Below are positions 53,139 through 64,000 of a stretch of DNA of 64,000 bases, in pieces. The notes under the pieces were generated by a model, which was not told where the DNA came from, did not search any database, and saw only the letters and a list, made by a program, of their open reading frames with translations. Within the stretch, counting starts at the first letter, position 1. Each line of letters begins with the position of its first letter. This DNA comes from Rhizophagus irregularis (lineage: Eukaryota): the NCBI RefSeq assembly GCF_026210795.1, contig NC_089432.1, positions 3,348,001 to 3,412,000 of the forward strand. Direction: 5' to 3'. A program made the position numbers and the translations under genes.

Positions 53139-53511
53139 TTTGTTATTATTTTTATTGTTAGAAATAGTGGATGAAATAATCAATAAAATTCTTGACGGCG
53201 GAAGTCATAAAAAAATAAAAATCTATTTATGGATTTGTGTAAATTTATATAGTTACATAACAAGACCCTGAAAAATACAATGGACCTTTTTATGTATTTT
53301 CGGGGTCCAACCTTAAATCAGTGATCAACCGGAGTCCGGAGCATTAGTCCGCGCTGCTTGTACGATGTTCTTTTATTTATTTATTTATTTTATGTTCCTT
53401 CATTACACAATGATTTGATAGTATTGCGAAACTTTGATTATTGGATGATCATTGCGCACTAATACATTATTAGTGATCAGTTATTTTATTTAGTATATTT
53501 TTATTATAGAA

Positions 53512-54322
53512 CTAGCAGTAGCCCGTTGCTTTGCACCGGGATTAGTAAGTTGTTTTATATTAATGTAGTAATGAATAATGAAAAGAAAATTATGATATAT
53601 GTTTAAAAACTTCAAGTTTTATTCTTGTTCATAATTAGAAATCTAAAGGAGTGTAAATAAATGATAATAAAATAAAAAATAAATTTAATAATTTAAAAAA
53701 GGTGATAAAAAAAGGCTAAGATGGAGTTCTTAGAGCTTAGAAAACGTCTCTTTTCATTTGCTAGAATTTTTTTTTTGTATATGATGGCAAAAAAATTTTT
53801 TTTTGTGTGAGATAAACTTTTTTTTTGTATATTTGAAAAATGTAGTATTATTATAGCATGTTTAAATATTTTGAAAGATTTCATTATATACAATGTTTTT
53901 GGTCTGAAGAAATATATTAATAATTTATTATATTGATAAGAATTTAATATAAATTTTATTTATTGTATAAAGTAGATGTTACAGTACTGTAGAATATTTT
54001 CAAATTTATTATAAATAGTTTTATTGATATTAGGAGAAAAAACGATAAAAAATCTTTATCCTTATTACACTGAATTATTATGATCGGGAGAAAAAAATCA
54101 ATATAAAAAAATTTTATTAGGGAAAAGGCCAAATAATTCTCTTTTATATACTAAAGTCTATTAAATTGATCTATTATTATGGGGAGAAAAAATAGAAATT
54201 ATTAAAAAAAGCTAATAATCTATCTATTCTAATAGTTATTTGTATTAGTTACTCGGGAACTAAAAATTGGTATTAGCAATCACAAATTTGCCGATCAAAA
54301 ACATTAAACACTTAAGTATAGA
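53512..54322 (-). mobile_element. Non-autonomous Helitron-like element
   Basis: The minus strand reads A|TCTATACTT (54322) ... CCCGGTGCAAAGCAACGGG hairpin, CTACTG, CTAG|T (53512). This gives TC/CTAG ends, a subterminal hairpin and an A|T target. The 5' end assignment is less certain. Confidence 0.65.
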
Positions 54323-57300
54323 TCAGGCGCAAATCTGGCGCAGGGGAATGATGCGTTGCACAACTCAGAAATTTAGATTAACCTGTATAAATATCGAATA
54401 ACGGTTTCACAGGAATTTTATTTTATTATTTTTTTACATTGTTTTATTTTTTTTATTGTTTTAGTATATTTTTTTATTAGTTATATTAGTTTAGAGCTAT
54501 TTTAGAGCGCTAGCCAAGGGACAATCATGATTATGTAAGCAAATTGGCGTTGGTCAACTTATCACAAAGTGACCTTTTGACAAATTGTCACTTGGACGAA
54601 GTGTGTAAGTTGTCTAACTGAAAGTCAATTTGGCCATAGACAAGTTGTCCTTTGAATTTTTCATTATAAATATCTCCCCAAATGGATGTAAGAGGGAGGA
54701 TGTTAAGTAATTTTTTTTACTTAGAATCAAGGCCTTTAAACCCTAAAACAAGGTTTTTTCTCGAGAAAGGTTGTTTTAGTGGGAAATTCTTTTGATTGGG
54801 AGTTTATTTTCGTGTGTTTGATATAATTTTGGTTACTACAGAACGCCGAGTGAGGCAGTAGTGAGAATTTTATTGAGATATCAACGCACTTTTAATAAAA
54901 TTGCTCATCAATTTGGATTTGCTCCGGTAAATTGACTAAATTACCACTAATTTGATTGTAAATCATTATTTTATTTTCTGTTATCACCTGACGCCTGACG
55001 AAAACTGATGGTAACAATAGTCTTATTTATTGAACACGTGACAAACAATTTTATGGTGTGTAAAAAAAAGATATATTTCTAAAATTCCCTTGATAAGCGA
55101 CTTAAAAGCATAAAAATCCGGCATATACAGTAAGTTATAAGCGTCAACATTCAAATTTGTTAATTAAATCAACTGCTTTATCTTCATAGTATCATTATCG
55201 GTTATAGAAGTAAATGTTTTAAACTTTTAAAAAAAAAATTTTATTGATCAAATATTGAAGTGAACTTAAGATAATTATGCTAACTAAAAATGAAATTTAT
55301 ACTTTTAATATATTCATAAACTGAACATTACACAATTTCATTTAATGGATTCTTTTTTTAAGATATCTGGAATCAACAAATGGAAGAAACAATGAGATTT
55401 ATATTTTAGATACAACAAGTTCTCAAGCATATTCTTGGACAACTGCTTTTGACCCAAAACATCTACCCAATTAATTAAATGGTCCCATAAAATTAACCGC
55501 AAATTAAATAGTCGTATTATTTACCTTCACTTTATATTTTGTATTTGAGACAATGTGAATATCGTAAAAAAAAAATTACCCATATTTAATATTAGGCAAT
55601 AGAGTTTATATTTTTAAAGGTACAGACGTACAGTAAGTTTTAAACGTTTTTTAATAAAAAAAAATTATTCGTTAAATTCACTGTTTGAAAAAAAACTATT
55701 TATGTATTTGAAGATTCGTGATAATAAAATTTAATAATAAAATTAGAGTTTATTAATAGGTCAAAGATATATTATAATTATTCAAGACGCGAAGATTTCC
55801 ATTATTTCGAAATAATACATTCTACGTTAATGTTGCGAAATAGAGTGTTGAAAAACTTCATTTGGAGGTTTCTCGAAAATATTTAAATAATCTGTAATGA
55901 TAAGAAATTTTTTAAGTTAAAAAATGAGTTTAGTTTGTTGTAAAATAAATTAATATAGTAAAATTCCCATCCATTAGATTGTGCAATCAATAAATGTGAC
56001 ATATTGCAACTTTAAATATTTCCAAATAATTTATGGGTTGCAAGAAATAAATGAAATAATTGTTAAAGAAATATTGCACATAAAATTTACGTAAATTGAA
56101 CAAATTATGAATAAAGTTATAATGTACTGGATTTTATAAATATAAATTTTTTAATGTAATGTAATAAATTAATTTATACTCTTTTCTATCGGAAATTCAC
56201 ATATTAAACTAGTAATAAAGACTTCCACATCATGGAATGATCATAATGTCTCATCAATTTTAACTCGGCATGTATGTATATATTAAGCAATGAAAATAAA
56301 AAAAATTATTCAAAAAATAAATCTTACGCAATAATAATGATATATGTTGATAAATATTCATTTAACTTCAATATACATAAAGAATTTTCAGAATATAATG
56401 TGCTATATTAATTTGTTCTATAATATAATATTTAGCATCTAGTAAAAGTAAAACAAATTAAATGACTAAATTCAAGTTCATTAAAATTTACTTTGTTTTC
56501 TAAATTCCACATTAGATGATGTTAATATGGACTAAAAAATTTTTATTCATCATTGCCAGCAACTTAAGTACGGTCTCAATCCTTGTAATTCTTGTCCTTT
56601 TTATTTGTATAACATTCAGAAGAGTTCACTTTGCCATTTCATTTTACAGCAAGCATAACGAAATTCTCCCAATTGTTTATCATAATTTCACTGTTCTTTT
56701 ATCCGTTAAATTTATTTCTGAAAAGTTATTAGGTTTAAAATTAATTTGTTTATTTCTTCTGTAATATTACAATAAATTACACATTAAATATAGCAATTTG
56801 TCTTATAAAATACAAATGTTATAAAGATTATTATTACTACTATCATCTGTAATTCTCTTTCAATCATTCTATTCATTGATATTTTTTCTAGCATCTAGTA
56901 GACTCTAATGATTCATCGATCAATTAGGTGATCATTGATCATGAATGTTTGAAAGATTGCGGTCAGTTGGTGTAAATCATCTTTGAGGGAGCATTAACAT
57001 CTTACACGAAGGATTATAGTTTATGTGGTGAAATTAATTTTTAGACAATATTACACTAGATAATTAATTTTATAATGTATTTTATAATTAAATTTAAATT
57101 TACGTATTTTTATATAATTAAATTTTATATTTTACAATAATTTGCTACAATCTATATTAAATATACTGTACATGTTTATAAAATAATATTACAATTAATG
57201 TTTACTAACTATTGTACGATATCCCTACAAGACTAATAATGAGTATGTTATAAATAATACAAATAAATGTATTGTAAAATTAATATTACAGTACATTATA

Positions 57301-57639
57301 TATATACAAACAATGTTATTATTTATTTAAATGAAAATTTTCACTAATACCTTTTGATAAATCAAATGTTTAGCTTCTTTCTATTTGTAAGGACCCTGAG
57401 CTATACATAAAAAGGTAGAGTAAGGGTTTGCCACCCCATTCGGGTGATCATCAAAAGTTATAACCTTACGATTTATGTCACCCATAGGCCATAATTTAAT
57501 GTCACGTGACCCGATTTTTAATTCTGGCCTGACATGCGCAATTTTGGCATGTTAATTTTGGAACACATTACATACATTAATTACTGTACATGTTATCCAG
57601 ATGTAACATGCGTTAATATCATCGCACGTTACTTTTATG

Positions 57640-58290
57640 TAATATGCGCTAATTTGAACGCATGTTCTCTGATGTAACATGCGGTGATTCAGACGCATGT
57701 TATTCATCTGTAACATGCGATAAATTGGACGCATGTTACCCATCCGTAACATGCAGTGATTCAGATGCATGTTACAGATGGGTAATTATGCATTAATTCT
57801 GGCACATGTTACTCATTCATAATATGCGTTAGTAATTTGGGCGCATGTTACACTTCTGTAATATGCATTAATTCTGGTGCATGTTATTCATCCGTAATAT
57901 GCGCTAATTTAGATGCATGTTACGCTTCTGTAATATGCGTTAATTCTGGTGCATGTTACTCATCCGTAATATGCGTTAATTCTGGTGCATGTTACGCTTC
58001 TGTAATATGCGTTAATTCAGGCGCATGTTATTTATCTGTAATATGCGTTAATTCTGGTGCATGTTTTTCATCCATAATATGCGCTAATTTGGGCGCATGT
58101 TACGAATGAGTAACATGCATTAATTTTGCCGCATGTTACACTTCTGTAACATGCGTTAATTCTGGCGCATGTTACTCATTCATAACATGCGCTAATTTGG
58201 GTGCATGTTACGCTTCTGTAATATACGTTAATTCTGGCACATATTACTCATCCGTAATATGCACTAATTCTGGCACATGTTTCCTAGTAG
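57640..58290. repeat. 36-bp tandem array (left arm of the foldback, roughly 18 units)
   Basis: Unit GTAA(C/T)ATGCG-TTAATTCTGG-(C/T)GCATGTTAC-(TCATCC/GCTTCT). Confidence 0.9.
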
Positions 58291-58604
58291 TAACTCTGAT
58301 GCATATTCCTTACTACAATGATTCTGATTTCTGACACATGTTCTTATGTTTAAAACATCAAATATTTAAACTAAGTATTACCAGAATCACTGCATTATAT
58401 TATAGAATATTGCATATTATACATCAGGAATATATGCAAGAATTGTTGTAAATACATTATAAATTTACATTGGAATATATGCTAAATTACTTCATATTTT
58501 ATTAATAAATAATATACAGCATCTGGAATATGTGCCATGATTACTACATATTATAGTAGAAAATTCATATTAAATTGTTATATTTATTTGAAATAGTATT
58601 TTCA

Positions 58605-59160
58605 GCAAAAAAATAGCAAAACAATAAAAAATTAACAAAAAAAAAAAATAAAATTAACAAAAAAAAATAAAACTAGCAAAAAAAAAAAATAAAATTAATA
58701 AAAAAAAAATAAAATTAATAAAAAAAAAAATAAAAAAAAATAAAAAATGAAAAAGAAAAAATTAAATATATAGGAATAAGAAAAAACAAATGATTATTAT
58801 ATTTGCATCAGTAAAGTGATTTACATGATCATAAAATTAATTACTTATAAATTTTAAAATATACTATGCAAATCATTTGTTTTTTATTATTTTTATTTTA
58901 TTTTGTTTTATTTTTTTTTTGTTGTTTTTTTTGTTTATTTTTTTGTTTATTTTTTTGTTTATTTTTTTTGTTTATTTTTTTTGTTTATTTTTTTTTGTTT
59001 ATTTTTTTTTGTTTATTTTTTTTTTTGTTTATTTTTTTTTTGTTTATTTTTTTTTTTGTTTATTTTTTTTTTGTTTATTTTTTTTTTGTTTATTTTTTTT
59101 TTGTTTATTTTTTTTTTGTTTATTTTTTTTTTGTTATTTTTATTGTTTTATTATTTTTTT
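58605..59160. repeat. A-rich then T-rich complementary low-complexity tracts at the foldback centre
   Basis: A-tract units at 58605-58760 and (TnGTTTA)n at 58880-59160. Confidence 0.85.
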
Positions 59161-59344
59161 GATTTTAAAAAAATAGCCATCTTTAATAAAGTTATATATA
59201 TTTCTAATGCATAATATGCAATATTCTATAATATAATATGCATTGATTTTGATAATACTTAGTATTAAATATTTGGTATTTTGGATATAAAAATATGTAC
59301 TAAAATCACTGTATGTTACAGTAAGGAATATAAACTAGAGTTAT

Positions 59345-60345
59345 TGCATGTTACTGTAGGGAACATGCGCCAGTAACATGTACCCAAATTAGCACATGTT
59401 ACGGATGAGTAATATGCGCCAGAATTAACGCATATTACAGATGAGTAACATGCACCAGAATTAACGCATGTTACAGAAGCGTAACATGTACTAGAATTAA
59501 TGCATGTTATGGATGAGTAACATGCGCCAGAATTAACGCATATTATGGATGAGTAACATGCGCCAGAATTAATGCATGTTACAGAAGCGTAACATGCGTC
59601 TAAATTAGCACATGTTACAGATGAGTAACATGCACCAGAATTAACGCATATTACAGAAGCGTAACATGCGCCCAAATTAGCGCATATTACGAATTAGTAA
59701 TATGCGCCAGAATTAACGCATGTTACGGATGAGTAACATGCGCCAGAATTAACGCATGTTACGGATGAGTAACATGCGCCAGAATTAACGCATATTATGG
59801 ATGAGTGACATACGCCAGAATTAATGCATGTTACAGAAGCGTAACATGCGTCTAAATTAGCGCATGTTACAGATGAGTAACATGCACCAGAATTAACGCA
59901 TATTACAGAAGCGTAACATGCGCCCAAATTAGCGCATATTACGAATGAGTAACATGCGCCAGAATTAATGCATGTTACGGATGAGTAACATGCGCCAGAA
60001 TTAATGCATGTTACGGATGAGTAACATGCGCCAGAATTAACGCATGTTACAGATGAGTAACATGCGCCAGAGTTAACGCATATTATGGATGAGTAACATG
60101 CGCCAGAATTAACACATGTTACAGAAGCGTAACATGCGCCCAAATTAGCGCATATTATGAATGAGTAACATGCATCAGAATTAACGCATATTACCCATCC
60201 GTAACATGCGTCTGAATCACTGCATGTTACAGATAGGTAACATGCGCCCAATTTATCGCATGTTACAGATGAATAACATGCGTCTGAATCACTGCATGTT
60301 ACATCTGAGTAATATGTACAGTAATTAGCGCATGTAACGTGTTCC
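59345..60345. repeat. 36-bp tandem array (right arm, inverted, roughly 27 units)
   Basis: Unit GTAACATGCG-CCAGAATTAA-CGCATGTTAC-(GGATGA/AGAAGC). Confidence 0.9.
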
Positions 60346-61121
60346 AAAATTAACATGCCAAAATTGCGCATGTCAGGCCAGAATTAAAAATCAGGTCACA
60401 TGACATTAAATTATGGCCCATGGGCCGCCTATATAAGGTTATAACCTATGCATTTGTAACATAAATCGTAAGGTTATAACCTTTGATGATCACCCGAATG
60501 GGGTGGGGTTTGCGTAGAACTGACCAAAATAATCATGTGGATCTTTCCTTTTATAGATAATACCAGCTATAATTTATTTCTTTTTTTAGACGCTGACTGG
60601 CATTATCATAATTCCGGCCCTGAAAAAATGCATAGATCTAATAGTAATTTTTTTTTGGCAGTACCTTACCTCTATATATATAGCTCGGGGTCCTTATTTG
60701 TATATCTGACAATTTTTATTTATTTATTTATTTATTTTATGTGAAGTCGGCAAGAGTTTTCAAAAAGACATGATCGATCCCAAAGAAAAGACCACCAGTT
60801 TAACATAGAACCCATCATCCACCAAGGCCGAAGCCAAGCCAGGCCCTTACTTCTAATTAAATGAAGCCCTATCCCATACTAGTACGTCCAATATAGGATA
60901 GTGAAATCTGACAAATTTTATATGGTAGTTTGTGAGAAATCATAAAATTGTTGTTGTCACGTGACTATTGACACAATAATTCCGGTGCAAAATTTGTTTG
61001 TCATACATGCAAATGCTTATGATCAACATAATACATAATGCATTTTGCATACCCATACTAAAAAAAAGATATTTACATTATCTTATTTAGTCAAAAAGCA
61101 TTTTAATATAATTATATAGTA

Positions 61122-63612
61122 ATGGCTCTCAGTAATGATAAAGGTAATGTATAGTATAAACATTTAATGCAATTAGAATTCATTTAATATTTTTAAACAA
61201 ATTTATAATATAATAAAACTAGTTTCTGGTAATATTGAATTTGAAGGAAGCAGCACTGAAGAATTTGAAGGAAGTGACTCTGGGGAATTCAAAGAAAGTG
61301 ACTCTGAAGAATTTGAAGGAAGTAGTACTAAGGAATATAAAGGTATATTAAACAAACTGAAATATTAAATAAATAATTTAAGTATTATATATAATTTTAC
61401 CTTATATGATACATATATATAATTTAAACTATCTATATTATTCAAATGATTTAGCTTGTAAGTTAATAGGTTATCTTATAATTGAATAACAAAGAAAATA
61501 CTTATTATTTTATTATATTTCATGTAACTGAATAATCCATTTAATGATACTATATCTGTAAGTTATCAGTTATTTTAAATCTTTAGTTCTTTACTTTATT
61601 TATTTTATAAAATAATCAAATAACTAAATTCCTTGTTTAAATGGTAAGTTACAACTTTATATTTATTTGACTAATATTTATATACTTTAACTAATATATT
61701 CTTAATTTAAATAATTAGATTGTAAGTAATATATTTAATTTACAGTAAATACTTTTGTATTATGTTTATATCATTAATTAATAATTGATAATACTACATA
61801 CAGGGTGTGAGTTATATTTATATTTTTATTATTTATATAATTTAAACTAACTATTTAAAAATTATTTTATAATTTTATTAGTTGGTAAGTTATAAATTAT
61901 TTATTTAATTCTATTATATTACTCATTTACATAATATTTACATATAATTTAAACTAACTAAATTCTTTATTTAATAGATCATAAGTTATAAGTTATTTAT
62001 TTAATTCTATTATTACTTTAACATATAATTTAAACTAACTAAATTCTTTATTTAAAAATTATTTATAGAGTGTAAGTTATTTATTTTTTATTACATACAA
62101 TTTATATAATTTAAGCTAACTAAATTCTTTATTTAAAAAATTATTTTGTAATTTTTTTAGTTAGAAGTAGCATCGAAGAATTTGAGGAAAATGACTCTGA
62201 AGAATTCAAAGGAAATGACTCTGAAGAATTTGAAGAAAGTAGTACTAATGAATCTAAAGGTATATTAAACAAACTGAAATATTAAATTTTTGTTTGTAAA
62301 TAATTTGAATACTATACCTTATATGATGCACAAATATAATTTAAACTATCTTATATTATACAAAAATTATTTTAAATAATTTAGCTCGTAAGTTGATAAG
62401 ATAACTTATAATTGAACAATAATGGGATTACTTACTATTTAATTATATTTCATGTAACTAAATAATTTATTTAATGCATAATAATACTATAGTCAGTAAG
62501 TTATCAGTTATTGTTCTTTACTTTACTTATTTTATAAAATATTCAAATAACTAAATTTTTTGTTTTAATAATTAATTATATTACAGATGGTAAGTTACAA
62601 CATTATATTTATTTGACAAATATTTTATATATTTTAACTAATTATATTCTTAATTTAAATAATTAGATTGTTAGTAATATATTTAATTTACAGTAAATAT
62701 TTTGTACTATGTTTACATCCAATTAATTAATAATTAATAATACTACATAAAGGGTGTAAGTTATATTTATATTTCTATTATTAATATAATTTAAACTAAC
62801 TAAATAATTTTATTTAAAAATTATTTTGTAATTTTTATTTAGTTGGTAAGTTATAAATTATTTATTTAATTCTATTATATTACTCATTATATAATATTTA
62901 CATATAATTTAAACTAACTAAATTCTTTATTTAAAAATTATTTAATAATATAGGGAGTAAGTTATTTATTTAATTCTATTATAACTTATTTATATAATAT
63001 TTATATATAATTTAAACTAACTAAATTTTTTATTTAAATAGATTGTAAGTTATAAGTTATTTAGTTCTATTATTACCTATTTATATAATATTTACATATA
63101 ATTTAAACTAACTAAATTCCTTATTTAAAAATTATTTTGTAATTTTATTTAGTTGGTAAGTTTAAGTTATTTATTTATTTATTTCTATTATTACTTATTT
63201 ACATAACATTTATAATAATTTAAACTACTTAATTCTTCATTCAATAATTTTATTTAGTTGGTAAGTTATAAGTTATCTATTTAATTTTATTATTACTTAT
63301 TTATGTAATATTTTACATATACTGTAATTTAAATTAACTAAATTTTCTATTTAATAGATTGTAAGTTACAAGTTATTTAATTCTATTATTACTTATTTAT
63401 ATAACTAAATTCTTTATTTAAATAGATTGTAAGTTATAGGTTATATTTATTTTACTTATTTATATAATATTTACATATAATTTAAACTAACTAAATTCTT
63501 TTTTAAAAAAAATTATTTAATAAATATAGGGAGTAAGTTATTAATTAATTCTATTATTACTTATTTATACTAACTAAATTCTTTATTGGAAAATTATTTA
63601 ATAATATAGGGG
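61122..63612 (+). CDS. Putative micro-exon gene (or gene relic): three ordinary exons plus about 22 three-nucleotide exons; 3' end not found
   Basis: Exons 61122-61143, 61223-61342 and 62161-62259, plus AG|NNN|GT(A/G/T)AGT units every 68-126 bp, mostly with a CTAAC/CTAA motif upstream. The spliced frame is stop-free. Three units have a damaged splice site. Confidence 0.55.
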
Positions 63613-64000
63613 GTAAGTTGTTTATTTAATTCTATTATTACTTATTTATATAATATTTACATATAATTTAAACTAATTAATGCTTTATGATATCTAAAAA
63701 ATTATTGTATAATTTATGAATTTTTGTATGAAGGCTTGGCGTGGCCTTTCAAAGAAATGGTCATTCCACAAATTTATACAGTGCTGAAATTTCTGTCATG
63801 TGACTTTATCATTTCTCTATTTCAGTTCTGCGCCCTTTTAAGTAATTATGACATGAAAACTCTTTCCCTTTTTTATGTTTTGTTAGTTTTCTGCTAATTT
63901 AGCGCAAGTTTTTTTTTTTTAGTTTCTATTAGAAACACCAAAGGGGAGAGGCCCAACTGGGTTTTTTGTTCTATACATACCCACATAATAAGGGATTATG

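Larger units (their letters stand above)
57432..60505. mobile_element. Non-coding foldback DNA transposon (3074 bp, 8-bp TSD GGGTTTGC)
   Basis: Ends CACCCCATTCGGGTGATCATCAAA / TTTGATGATCACCCGAATGGGGTG; GGGTTTGC at 57424-57431 and 60506-60513. The arms are complementary over roughly 1 kb. Confidence 0.9.
57390..60694. mobile_element. About 223-bp MITE (8-bp TSD TATTTGTA) interrupted by a foldback element
   Basis: TIRs AGGACCCTGAGCTATACATAAAAAGGTA / TACCTCTATATATATAGCTCGGGGTCCT; TATTTGTA at 57382-57389 and 60695-60702. Confidence 0.8.

Noticed and set aside
256..53183. Short kinase ORFs as separate genes or frameshifted bacterial pseudogenes (Sel1 suggests bacteria)
   Set aside because: The breaks coincide with GT..AG introns at four positions conserved among paralogs, so these are exons of single eukaryotic genes.
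58866..59214. Phe-rich ORFs in all three frames
   Set aside because: Artefact of the T-rich microsatellite.
57640..60345. CRISPR-like array of palindromic 36-bp repeats
   Set aside because: There are no unique spacers (only 6-10 nt recurring variants) and no cas genes, the context is eukaryotic, and the arrays are the arms of a TSD-flanked foldback element.
57837..60371. Cys-rich repeat ORFs (CVNSGACYSSVT)n resembling antifreeze or metallothionein-like proteins
   Set aside because: These are a translation of the 36-bp DNA palindrome, present on opposite strands in the two arms. They lack a signal peptide or unique sequence and are broken by stops.

Overview
AT-rich, intron-containing eukaryotic DNA. 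The gene families, intron style and repeats look like an arbuscular mycorrhizal fungus (Glomeromycotina, Rhizophagus-like); this is an inference. The window holds a cluster of nine paralogous genes plus one pseudogene, each encoding an N-terminal TKL-like protein kinase (HRDLHxxN, DFG, YIDP) fused to C-terminal Sel1-like repeats. The eight complete genes have five exons; the first copy is cut by the window edge. Six end in a basic region plus CaaX-type motif. The cluster contains a mirror-image (inverted) three-gene duplication and signs of Sel1-tract exchange between neighbours. Between the genes lie many transposon relics (LINE, Crypton/DUF3504-like, Gag-like, Polinton-type integrase), MITEs, a Helitron-like element, an F-box pseudogene, an apparently intact DD81E IS630/Tc1/mariner transposon and a 3.07-kb foldback element nested in a MITE. 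The most unusual signal is at 61.1-63.6 kb. What looks like AT-rich satellite is a run of about 22 three-nucleotide micro-exons (AG|NNN|GTAAGT), most preceded by a CTAAC/CTAA branch-point-like motif. They splice into a stop-free reading frame together with two larger repeat exons.
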